Origin: Paraspadella gotoi
Lineage: Eukaryota > Animalia > Chaetognatha
Direction: 5' to 3'
Length of the DNA: 64,000 nt
NCBI GenBank assembly: GCA_051294375.1
Contig: CM119267.1
Span: 19,154,773 to 19,218,772, forward strand
A program made the translations under genes and the position numbers. The notes beneath the pieces were generated by a model. That model was given only the letters and a program-made list of their open reading frames with translations. It was not told the origin of the DNA and searched no databases. Positions 52,166-64,000 of the stretch are shown here, one piece after another; within the stretch, counting starts at the first letter, position 1; each line of letters opens with the position of its first letter.

Positions 52166-53107
52166 TATTAATAATCTTACTTAATTAATTATCTGATCAG
52201 CTAGCTTACCGCTTAATAAGAATCGTGGGCAGAATCCGGCATTGTTTGCTCAAACTTGTTCTAGAACGCCTNNNNNNNNNNNNNNNNNNNNNNNNNTTTT
52301 AAATATAAAAAAAATATTTCTTATTATAGTTTTTTTTAAAATAATTTTTAATATAAAATATAAGTTTTTTTAAATTTTAATTAAAATTATGCATTGTAAA
52401 ATTCTTTCTTTTCGTTGCGTTTGAAGTTTTATATGAGAAAATAATTTTTTCTATAAACAACGATGGTTTGGTATATTCAAAAATCAGACATGTTACTTTC
52501 GAATTACTACAACCTGTAAGACTAGCTGCCATCTATGAAGATTTGTCTATGTAAAGTAAAAAATAAACCATCTTTGTTGATAAAGAAATCTTTTTTCTCA
52601 TTTAAAATTAATCATATATTTATAGCTTGAAACTTATTCCCTAACTTACCCCCTTAAACCTCCTTACCTCTAACTTTAACTTTTAAATTCTAATTTATTC
52701 TGTAACCTAACTTAATTTTAACATTACTTTTTAACTCACTGTAAAGAACCCCCTTTCCTCACATTAGCGGGAGAGGGAGAAGACCGTCACGTAGAGAAAC
52801 CGTATAACTTGAAAGACTCGGGGTACTCTGCGACTGGCGCCGCGATAATAGTTTTTAATACTCCGTGTTTCCGATTCGCGAGTGAATCTCATCCACTGGC
52901 CCCGCGTTGCGCGCCGTTTTGAATATTTAAGTACCGTAATAAAACAAGCATATAAATATGAAGACGACTAGTGATAATTATTATGTGTTGTATTTTAATA
53001 GTGACAGACGTTCAATATAAGCCAGTCCCTGAGTCGGTACCTCAGTCTTTTTGTAAAAAACAACCCGTTACAGGCGGGTTAAGCGCCCGTCCCTCTTAAC
53101 TGCTAGG

Positions 53108-53177
53108 TGACCACTGGGCTAGAACCCCAGGACCTTTGATTGGGAGGCTACATGACTGCCTCCGGCCACCAATGGCC
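53108..53177 (-). mobile_element. tRNA-like head, possibly a tRNA-derived SINE or degenerate tRNA pseudogene
   Basis: The reverse complement GGCCATTGGTGGCCGGAGG...GGTCCTGGGGTTCTAGCCCAGTGGTCA has an A-box-like TGGCCGGAGG, a B-box-like GGTTCTAGCCC, a T-arm CTGGG/CCCAG and complementary ends, but no proper anticodon arm. Confidence 0.4.
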
Positions 53178-55767
53178 ACTGAGATGAACGGTTGGTGGAT
53201 TAGTCCACCAAATATTCCATTGCTGTTTGCCGGTGCGAGCATATATATCAGACAAACGATACTACGAATTATGATAAAAACACAGAATTAATCACGATTT
53301 TATTTATATAAAACTACAGAAGATATCAAACGTTTATTAGTTTGAAAAAAGATCCTGTCCCGTAATGATCGCAAGAAAATAAAATGGTTTTAGTAATATA
53401 TAAATTTAGGAAATAATAGAATATAATAATCAATAATAAAAAATTAATATATAATATTAGCATTTTTGATAAAAAATATTTGAATACCATAATCCAAGTC
53501 ATGATAGATTATTTTAACGCTTTATACATTAGCATTAAATTTCATCCGGCTATGGCTACTTAAGTTAGGGTAGCCGCACTCAATGGGTGTGAGTTCAAAA
53601 AATTTTAGAGTGAGTACATGCTCAAAACGAATATTGACATTTTTAAGAATACTTTCAATGCGACAAAAAAATTATATAATGGCTCTATGTACCCTAGATA
53701 ATTAATTTTAATATATTTATTAGATAGGGAAAGGCCAAAATTTTTTTTGGAATTTAAATTTTAAGAACAGAATTCAGATAGCTCAAAAAAGTTGCTGTAT
53801 CAAAAAAAGTCTTTTTAAATATTTTACGATAAGTTGTCCAAAAATAAGAAAACTATAAAAAAAATCTCTATCATCTTCGATGATTTTTATCAAGTTTTTT
53901 TATAATTTCACTTTAGGAAAACGTAAGAATTTTTTTAAAAGCTGTTAATTTATATTTTTGCTTAACTTTTTATGCTTCTATCCAGGAATCCATCAAAAAA
54001 TTTTAAGATTAAAAAAAAAATATTTTTTGCTCATATATAGAATATGAATATTTTAATTAGACTATACCCTCAAGGAAGGAAAGCTTGTTTTGACAAAAAA
54101 TATTTTTTAAACCATATCTATGGTCTCAATGATATTATTTTAATAGCTGTATACATTAGCATTTAAATTTCAATCGGCTATGGCTAAGTGCTCCACTCTA
54201 CTCGAATAGTAAACGAACGACGTCAAGCACGAATGATGGAAATGATCCAAACGGTAAAGGCTCTGTCACGAAGATAACACAACTAAGATATTCAAAATTT
54301 CATATACACATGTACAATACATTTATAATTGTTCTACCTGTAATGGAATCAGTCGTGACCAGGCGCCATGTCGTTAATAATGAGTTCCTTGGTCCGACGG
54401 AGGGGTCGCTTCTCCAGTCCTTCTTTCTTCAACGACAAACTGAACTACTCTCCTACCCGGCTCCTTAGACCAAGCGCTTCAAAAACAAAGCGAAGAACTC
54501 GTCATAAGTTTATGAAATACTTAATATTTATATCTAATAAATATTATTATTAATTAAAATTAAATATAAACAACTTCTTTGCACGCTTTAATTTTTCTTT
54601 TTTCTTATAATAATCCTCTCCGCCTTCAACGCATCATACTCCATAAACGCACTACACAGTACCAGAAACGATCGTAACAAAAGAAAGATCTCCGTTTCTA
54701 AGCCTTTTAGAGATATAATATAATAAATATTATATATATAATATTAATTTTAAAAAGTGAGGCGGGAAAGTTGTTTTCATAATAACGAGCTACAAAAATG
54801 CCCTCTTCCTGAACTTTCAGGCTGAAGAGCCGCCGGGTTGCTTCGTCGCAAAGGCCCATGGCTTTCGGATTTTGCATTCGCGATAGATCAATATTGCGCG
54901 TTTGGTCCAATATAAAATGTTATCGAAGCAAAAGCCCTTTGTTTTCTTCGCGATTTATTTTAACGTTTAGAATATTAGCCTCGCGCTCCACCTAAAATGA
55001 AAGTTTAGAGGACACTGTACTTTAACCATCTATTCAAAATGGAACATTCTTCATGGGGCATGACGTTGGGAAATGAGCTAAAAAAGGAGTTCATTTGATT
55101 ACCAAAACAAGCAATCAAGCTTGGAAATTTTTTACCTTTTTTTTGCTCAATGGATAGAAGAAACCATGGGCTTTTCATATATAAAGTTCAAATGGAAGTT
55201 GGTTTCTTCTTATTGAAGAAGAATGAGGCTGACGTTTTACGTTTATGTAAGTTACCGAAGGGGTCAAACCAGGTCGTCAACTTTTCAAATGCATTTTTAA
55301 TACATGAAAAAATGAAAATTCCGCTCCGCGCTCCACCTCGATGCCCTGCCAAGCCCTTCACTTTCAGAATCTACCCATATTATTACTATTTTATAAAGGC
55401 TTTGACCCATGGGATTTTATATAAGAAATCGATTTCAAGCGAAAACTTGATCCACCCGTCGACCGAAACGACTGACATCCCAAATAAAGCGAAGGACAAA
55501 AATTGCAACGACACGTGCGACGTTGATTCTTAAATCTTAGTACGAGAAGAGAAAACCATGAAACTTTTTTTCGGCGGTTCAAAACAAAGTCTTTTTTTAA
55601 TCGCCGTTGACACGACCCTGCGAGAAAGAGAGGTGAAGAGAAGAGAGAGGGAGGATGGATGAGAAGAGAGTCAAAATCCATTCCTTTCGTTATCTTCCGA
55701 TGCGCACAACAGGCTTCAGGTTTGCCACCCCTCCTCCCTTTTGTTTCCACCTTCTCGTTCCATCCGC

Positions 55768-55972
55768 TCCGACCGACCACGACGAATACCGACGACCGGA
55801 GCGACGAATCACCGACGACCGACCCGAAACCGACCGACCGAAGTCGACCCGACCCGAGCCGACCGACCGAACACGACCGACGAACCCGACCGACCGACCG
55901 AACGCCGACCGAAGCGACCCGAACCGACCGACACCGACCGATCGACCCCGACCGACCGACGCACCGATCCGA
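55768..55972 (+). repeat. Degenerate (CCGA)n repeat
   Basis: ccgaccgacc... with interruptions. Confidence 0.85.
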
Positions 55973-56251
55973 TTTTTTTTTTTCCTTCTCTCTTCTAAAG
56001 ATTCTCTTCCCCTATTTTTCTCTTTTTACTCTTCCTTTTTTTATCCTTTTTTCCCCTTTTTTTCTCTCTTCCGATCTCACACTCACAGTCTTTCTATCTC
56101 TTTCTCCATCTCTCTCTCTTCGCCGTATTTTTGTTTTTCCAAAGTTTTTTTTTCGTAATTTTTTTTTTTTAATCTCGGAATCTTTTGTTTATTTTTTTCC
56201 CCCCCAGGTTTTTTATTATCTTTTTATTTTTCGTTCTCTCCTCTGGCGGAG

Positions 56252-56460
56252 AATCGAGGAAAAGCATTCGAAGAATGTAAACAAAAAGCTCTGAGATTTT
56301 TCTCGATTACGACCGAGAGTCCTTGACCCTGAAATCGAATTCCTTCGGCGTCAACGCTAGACGCTTCGCCTCGGACAACTCGGACAACTCGGCACCCCGT
56401 AGAGAATCGAGACCCAAACCTGAAACCCTGCAACGCTTCGGGGACCTAACGAAGGGTCGA
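56252..56460 (+). CDS. Candidate exon: ...FLDYDRESLTLKSNSFGVNARRFASDNSDNSAPRRESRPKPETLQRFGDLTKGR
   Basis: Long polypyrimidine tract ending at the AG at 56250-56251, coding-like composition, and possible donor cga|GTAACT. A continuous frame from the 47422 donor requires removing one A from the A-run at 56283-56287. Otherwise it stops at 56292-56294. Confidence 0.35.
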
Positions 56461-56893
56461 GTAACTGATGGATCATTAGAAAATTGTCAATGTCATTTTA
56501 CGACGACCCATGATCACTCGATGGTGGTCAGGAAATCTCACAACAAAACCCGCGGTGATTTGTGGCGGTTGACTTTAGATCACCATCACAATCCGTTTAA
56601 ATCCATCGCCGCCCCGGATTCCTGACGTGCCTTCAAGGGTCAAAAACTTATGGCCGGACTCTCACGACTGAGTGAGAGTGAGAGGCCCGAAATGATTCTT
56701 CGCCAATTCTATTGACCGCGAAGGGAATTGAGAAAGGGGGAGGGGAGAAAGGCCCCTCTCGATTCGCGATCCTTTCCAACTCAATAGAACACCCCATCAA
56801 TTATTATCAACATCCTATGAGATCGATCAAACTCTCGCTACCATCCCCTTACNNNNNNNNNNNNNNNNNNNNNNNNNCACAAGAGAGAGATTC

Positions 56894-58164
56894 TCCTCGT
56901 TTATATGCGGTTTCGTTACGAAATCACATCAACGCTTCACGCCCATATTTCAACACATAAACGCTTCAGCGGAAGAGAAAAAAAAAATGTTTGGAATTGA
57001 ATAAGCAAACAGCTGTGTAATACCTGAGCCACGACGACAGTTACTGCTTCGCCGCCAGATTATATAATCTCAAAATCCGAATACTCGGCATAATTTTTTT
57101 TTTTCTTCAAATAATTTATGGTCTCGTCAGGAGGCGGATCGACATGGATGGACGACGGGGTTTGAGGGTACAGGAGAGGGGGGGAGACAACTAGCAGGAA
57201 ACATTCCTGATTGACGGAGTTGCTTCGGAAAATATCCGAGGGATTTGTGGGTACAAGAGGGAAGGGGGGTATAGTATTAGCGGCGACGTGGGTTGGCAGA
57301 GTGGGATCGGAGGGGTTGTTTGGAAGGGGTTTGTGGGGGTGTTGAGAGGAAAAGAAGGGGCGTGTTACAGAGGGTCGGGAAGAGAGACGAAATCGGGGAA
57401 ATCCGATGACAAGAGTCGTAAATCGTAATATTAGAATGCCGACCGAAGTCGTGCAAGGAGAGGAATGAAGGGGAATCGGGATTCTATAATGGGTTGAAGA
57501 GATTGAAGAGGTTGAGCGGGAAGGCGGGAAGGCCGCGCCTTCGCGACAACGCTTCTCTTCCGGAGGGGGGGGGGGGCAGTAAATATAGAATCCCCGATTC
57601 CCCTTCATTCCTCTCTTGACGACTCGTCGGATCTAATATTACGATTTACGACTCTTGTCATCGGATTTCCCCGATTTCGTCTCTCTTCCCGACCCTCTGT
57701 AACACGCCCCTTCTTTTCCTCTCAACACCCCCACAAACCCCTTCCAAACAACCCCTCCGATCCCACTCTGCCAACCCACGTCGCCGCTAATACTATACCC
57801 CCCTTCCCTCTTGTACCCACAAATCCCTCGGATATTTTCCGAAGCAACTCCGTCAATCAGGAATGTTTCCTGCTAGTTGTCTCCCCCCCTCTCCTGTACC
57901 CTCAAACCCCGTCGTCCATCCATGTCGATCCGCCTCCTGACGAGACCATAAATTATTTGAAGAAAAAAAAAAATTATGCCGAGTATTCGGATTTTAATTA
58001 TAATCTGGCGGGAAAAGTAAACTGTCGTCCGTGGAGTCAGTATACACAGCTGTTTGCTTTTGAATTCCAAACATTTTTTTTTTCTCTTCCGCTGAAGGTT
58101 TATGTGTGAAATATGGGCGTGAAGCGTGATGTGATTTCGTAACGGAAACGATTATAAACGAGGA
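56894..58164. repeat. Approximately 1.27-kb inverted repeat: arms about 56894-57487 and 57584-58164, with a partly self-complementary loop
   Basis: 57071-57435 is the reverse complement of about 57632-57995 with apparent full identity. The outer and inner parts of the arms match with indels. Confidence 0.95.
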
Positions 58165-60429
58165 AAAGCTTTTTCGCGATTCGTAACTAGGAATGTATTT
58201 TTAAAAAAACGAGCTGGTATAAAGAATAATCTATAGATAATATGTGGATAATTTTACGATAATTGTTGGGAATATTTTTAAGGAGGCGCTAGGACATTGT
58301 CATATCCTGCTACGCGCTCCGGTTTAGTACGATCCTCTTAACGAAAGTGAGGCAACCGCCTAACTGCTTCAATCGTGATCGTCGTCGTCGTCGTCGTCGT
58401 CGTCGCCTTCGCTTGCGACCCCGAAAAACTCACCCTTGGAAATTAACCTGAAAAAACAAAGCTCACCTTGGGTCATCTTTCCTTTGATCTCGTAATCATT
58501 TTGCCGAGCTATCGTTACGACGCGTTATCGTAGTCGTCTTCGTAGTCTTCGTCGTCGTCGTCGCTTTCACGAATGAATCACACATTTTTTTCACGCATTA
58601 ATTGTCGCTGATGTGTAGCTCGGAGGAGAAAATAAGTGATAAGACTTAAGAGGATATTAATAGTAATGTTCTTCTTTTTTTTTCTCCGTCTGGGTTGGGA
58701 ATTATTCTAAAAACGCGTGGCCGCGGTGGCTCCCACTCCTGCCCGAAAAAAAATTGTAACTTTATTTCGTATAACATTTCTATGACTAATTGTTTTAAAA
58801 CTAATCGATGATTGTAACGTTTTACTACTTTTTAACGAATTGTAATCTATTTGTCACAACTTAGTAAGTTTAACCGATGTTTTTATATCTCTGGTTGCCA
58901 AGTAATCGTCAAACGCGGCCCACTCAATTTTAATGCCAAAAAAAAGACTGTCGCCCACCTCTTCGGTGATTAAATCTCTGTCTCTCTCTCTCTCTCTCTC
59001 TCNNNNNNNNNNNNNNNNNNNNNNNNNNNNNNNNNNNNNNNNNNNNNNNNNNNNNNNNNNNNNNNNNNNNNNNNNNNTCTCTCTCTCTCTCTCATTATTT
59101 CTAGAAATCGATCTGATCATTAGAATATTTCAAGTGTCTTCTGAAGGAGCGGCGGTCTCGGATTNNNNNNNNNNNNNNNNNNNNNNNNNNNNNNNNNNNN
59201 NNNNNNNNNNNNNNNNNNNNNNNNNNNNNNNNNNNNNNNNNNNNNNNNNNNNNNNNNNNNNNNNNNNNNNNNNNNNNNNNNNNNNNNNNNNNNNNNNNNN
59301 NNNNNNNNNNNNNNNNNNNNNNNNNNNNNNNNNNNNNNNNNNNNNNNNNNNNNNNNNNNNNNNNNNNNNNNNNNNNNNNNNNNNNNNNNNNNNNNNNNNN
59401 NNNNNNNNNNNNNNNNNNNNNNNNNNNNNNNNNNNNNNNNNNNNNNNNNNNNNNNNNNNNNNNNNNNNNNNNNNNNNNNNNNNNNNNNNNNNNNNNNNNN
59501 NNNNNNNNNGAAAAAAAGAAAGATAGAAAAAAAGAAAGAAAGAAAGAAAATAAGCAAGCTTTTAATAAACTCCCATCCTCACTAAGTTTAAATCTTAATT
59601 TTTTTTTCTCAACTGAAGTTTTTCTCATTCACTAGTTTGACTATCCAAGAACGCAAAAGTAAAAAAANNNNNNNNNNNNNNNNNNNNNNNNNNNNNNNNN
59701 NNNNNNNNNNNNNNNNNNNNNNNNNNNNNNNNNNNNNNNNNNNNNNNNNNNNNNNNNNNNNNNNNNNNNNNNNNNNNNNNNNNNNNNNNNNNNNNNNNNN
59801 NNNNNNNNNNNNNNNNNNNNNNNNNNNNNNNNNNNNNNNNNNNNNNNNNNNNNNNNNNNNNNNNNNNNNNNNNNNNNNNATAACGCAGTTCAAAATGGAT
59901 GAGCTCTGGATCTCTCGATCTTTCGTGATGAGCGACGTCAGCTTTCACGGGATTGATCACGTGACTCTTTATTGTCGTCATCGGTTTTTTTTTCTTTTTG
60001 CGCGATGTCGCTCCGAATTTACTATTTTACCGTGTCACACAGTACTAGCTACTTAAAAGGGATCACTCTGTATTATTTTAAATTCCCTTTTCCCGATCGA
60101 ACGAGAAAAATAACAATTATGTTTTGTAAATTCTTATTTTTTCAAACGAATTCCTTTCGTTCGTCTCTTCGTCCCGTCGTTTTATTTATTTTTTTTTTTC
60201 GTTGAAATTCAATCTGCAAAAATCGTTTTATTCGATACTTCATATTTCGAAAAATAAAAAAAAAGAAATGATAATAATCTGGGAACGAAAAAAAAAAGTT
60301 ATTAAAAACATAAATGGATGGGAGTGTCTCTCTTCGCGCGACAAAAATTCTGAATCTCAATTTCGCTAATAAAATTCCAAATGATTAGTTTGAAATTAAA
60401 AAAGAAAAATTATTTAAAATCGTTTAGAG

Positions 60430-60548
<119 letters not shown>

Positions 60549-61136
60549 TGTCAGACGTTTACGTCGTTAGTAATATTTTTATGGAAAATTTATTTTTAAG
60601 ACTTGACAGATTGTGAAATATGTAATGATCGTTTAAACATTATTAAAGGGCGTCTATTAAATATCGTCAAATTCGTCTACAATGTAAAAAAAATCGTGTA
60701 AATCTGCGTCTAAAGGTCAGAACGACTCGTATCAGTTGACGGGAAAGATGTACTACGTATGAGTGACGAGGATTGAGATTATGTTGGAGATGTCGATTAA
60801 GTAAGTTGGGAGTGGCGAAGATTTCGTGATAGTCGGGGATTAAGTCTAAGTGGTAAACAAGGATTAGCGAGGATTATGGGTTAATTTGTGAAATTAGTGA
60901 CTGTGAAATTTGACAGTGAGGGGTATAAATGGCGGGAATCTACGCGGCTGTTCTTATGTGCGACAGGATATGTGAATGATGGAATGTCAGTTAAAGTCTC
61001 GAATTTGTTTTCAAACCTTGTGAAATTTTTTTGAAATAGAGTTGATCTGTGACTTTTTTTTTACCTTCGTCGTCGTTTTTCTTGCGTAACTCGATCTTCG
61101 ACGCATTTTTTTAGTCTTGTTTTCGAGGTCATCGAT

Positions 61137-61138
<2 letters not shown>

Positions 61139-61204
<66 letters not shown>
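61139..61204 (+). repeat. (TCG)n trinucleotide repeat, about 21 units
   Basis: Pure tcg run. Shorter (GTC)/(GAC) runs occur at about 2727, 3158, 28070, 28355, 41930, 47340, 48890, 50008 and 58380. Confidence 0.95.
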
Positions 61205-63318
61205 CGTCGACGAGAAGATTTTCCTTGACGTTTGGTACGTCGCTACGTTATTGATTAACGACCTGATATTTGCGACGAGGTTTGTTCAACAATCAATTTC
61301 GTTTTTGTCTCTAAATCTGAGCTGACCGGTTATATTTTGCTACAAAACATAAAAAAAAAAAAAAAAAAAATTTTAAAAAACGATTATTTTTTCAGCTAGA
61401 TTTTTAGTTTTATTTTAAATTTCAGTAGCTTTAAATCGTCTCGTCAAATTTTCCGTCTTGGGTTTCNNNNNNNNNNNNNNNNNNNNNNNNNNNNNNNNNN
61501 NNNNNNNNNNNNNNNNNNNNNNNNNNNNNNNNNNNNNNNNNNNNNNNNNNNNNNNNNNNNNNNNNNNNNNNNNNNNNNNNNNNNNNNNNNNNNNNNNNNN
61601 NNNNNNNNNNNNNNNNNNNNNNNNNNNNNNNNNNNNNNNNNNNNNNNNNNNNNNNNNNNNNNNNNNNNNNNNNNNNNNNNNNNNNNNNNNNNNNNNNNNN
61701 NNNNNNNNNNNNNNNNNNNNNNNNNNNNNNNNNNNNNNNNNNNNNNNNNNNNNNNNNNNNNNNNNNNNGAGAGAGAGAGAGATAAGAAAGGAACCTAATA
61801 AAGAGATGAAATTAAGCGAGAACGTGGCGCCCACGCTATCAATGAATTTAAACGAACGTAAATCACGACTTTGAGATTTAAATTTAATTTTTTTCTTACT
61901 GTAAATAAAAAAAAATTAAAAAATTAAAGGAAAAAGCGAGAAAAAAAAACAAACTTTTCGTCAAAAAAAAAAGAAAGTTTTTTCAAGAGCGAAGAAGATT
62001 ATTTTTACGACGTAATAAAAGAAAAACGATTAAAGGAAACGAAAGTGAAGTAAAAAAAGTATTACGCTAAAAATTACGACGCGCACTAGACCTTTACAAT
62101 ATTTCTCCCTAGTAGCTGTAAACATATTTTAAAATAAAATCGAAAACAGCGAAGAACTGAAATTTAAAATCCTCATTAAAGAGAATCTTAATTAGTCAAT
62201 TTAAAAAAAAAAAAACTTCGTTTTTTAAATCGTGATTCGACCTCGTCCGAGAATAAATTTGCGCGCGCGTCAAATTAAAATATTTTTTTTCTTATTTCGC
62301 CCGCGATGAGTCAATCTTCATTGTTTAAGTTTAAAACCGTAATAAACTGTTCAATTACTGCCCTTACCGCTCCGCCTACCGTGGCTTAAAAAAAAAAGTG
62401 AGACCCTAAAAAAGTAATTGTCGTTGTAAAATTTTTAAGACTAAAAAAAAAAAGTTTTGCAAAAAGCCATCGGCTAAACGGAAATAATTAATGTCCATCA
62501 GGACGAAATGATTTTGAGTCAAACGAGATTTTAAATTTCGCTCATTTTCCTTTTTCGTCTTCGTTTAAGTCAAGTTCTTTGTGGTTTTGTTGTTGGTTTT
62601 TTTTNNNNNNNNNNNNNNNNNNNNNNNNNNNNNNNNNNNNNNNNNNNNNNNNNNNNNNNNNNNNNNNNNNNNNNNNNNNNNNNNNNNNNNNNNNNNNNNN
62701 NNNNNNNNNNNNNNNNNNNNNNNNNNNNNNNNNNNNNNNNNNNNNNNNNNNNNNNNNNNNNNNNNNNNNNNNNNNNNNNNNNNNNNNNNNNNNNNNNNNN
62801 NNNNNNNNNNNNNNNNNNNNNNNNNNNNNNNNNNNNNNNNNNNNNNNNNNNNNNNNNNNNNNNNNNNNNNNNNNNNNNNNNNNNNNTTTTTTTTCTTCGA
62901 TCAAATTTCGACCTCAATATCGACTTACGATTAAATTTACATTTACGGCGATTCACAATGTAAACGCTCACATTTTAACTTTGTTCGTTAAGTTGTAACA
63001 CTATTCGATTTACGTTAAATATAGCAATATTTTTCGTCCAATTTTATTTCTTTTAACCGAATTTTTCAACTGTAATATCAGTTGGCATTAAAAATCACTT
63101 CCACTCGACGAAGCCACAATTTATCCCTCGACAAAATCGCATTCACTGTCGTCAAAAAATCACAAATTTGTCGGTAAAATTCGTCTCACGTGTCGGTAAG
63201 AGTCGAGGCTGCCTACGAGATTCGGCCTCGGACGAGAGAGAAAAAAAAAGGCCCTTCACGTTTTTTTCAGATGGAGAACTCATTAAAAAGTCTCAGATTT
63301 CAAAGGAGAAACGAGAGT

Positions 63319-63352
<34 letters not shown>

Positions 63353-64000
63353 NNNNNNNNNNNNNNNNNNNNNNNNNNNNNNNNNNNNNNNNNNNNNNNN
63401 NNNNNNNNNNNNNNNNNNNNNNNNNNNNNNNNNNNNNNNNNNNNTCTCTCTCTCTCTCTCTTTTATTTCTCGAATTCCTTTGATTTCAAATCATGGCGCC
63501 GAATGACGTGACGTTTTATCGCTGCTGCTCCTTTCCGTCATGATTCCGATCTTCACAAAGGAGACGTGAACATCTTCGCCTGTTCTTTATATTCACATTT
63601 CATTTTTTTTCTTCTCTATTTTCTCTCTCAGGTCCATTTTTGTTCTCCGTCGATACGTTTCCCTTTTTTTTTCTTGTCGTCGTCGTCAACGCCTCACGTC
63701 GTTCGCCGTAAACTTCCACTTAATTTGTTTTTATCTTTTCGCGTAAATTATTACTGGAAAAAAAAATAGAATAAAAGAGAGAGAAAAACTCGTAAACGGT
63801 AAAAACTTTTCGCGGATGTTGTATTCCGAAAAAGGAAAAGAGACAACGAGAGACAGTCATCTCGTAAAAACTCGAAGTTTCGCAAATAAACTAATTGTAA
63901 AAAAGAAAAATCTTGTGAGAAAATAATGAGTGTTTATTTTCTTTCCGCGCACGTATTTCATTCGTGACGTAAGAAAAAGGCTCGCCGAGACTCGCTCTAT

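Noticed and set aside
54340-55533. Short ORFs 54368..54553, 54707..54910 and 55150..55533 as exons or genes
   Set aside because: I could not find a consistent acceptor-donor pair with an open frame or any recognisable motif.
55655-56158. Pro/Thr/Asp/Arg repeat ORFs
   Set aside because: They are translations of the degenerate (CCGA)n repeat followed by a T-rich tract.
56881-56891. aagagagagat as a remnant of the PacBio SMRTbell adapter end
   Set aside because: An 11-nt GA-rich match is uninformative in a genome full of (GA)n.

Overview
This is eukaryotic, AT-rich, CpG-rich draft-assembly sequence, probably from an invertebrate animal (inference). It is dense in (CT)n/(GA)n and (GTC)n microsatellites and has many N gaps. 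The supportable biology is: (1) the middle part of a + strand spliced protein-coding gene, with four phase-compatible GT-AG exons at 5583-6037, 7717-7790, 12176-12300 and 12965-13011 encoding a Ser/Thr/Pro/Ala-rich disordered protein I cannot name, plus weaker candidate exons near 42.1, 47.3 and 56.3 kb; (2) an intron-containing tRNA-Ile(TAT) gene on the - strand inside one intron; (3) several repeat or TE-like fragments. About 30 kb (roughly 11.7-47 kb) is direct, inverted and fold-back copies of the same locus. One copy carries raw long-read-like insertion noise, and there are seven gaps of exactly 25 N, so most of the large-scale structure is probably a gap-filling artefact. I found no prokaryotic-type system. 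The most interesting biological lead is a second reading frame that stays open across all four exons and could be entered through an alternative 5' splice site.
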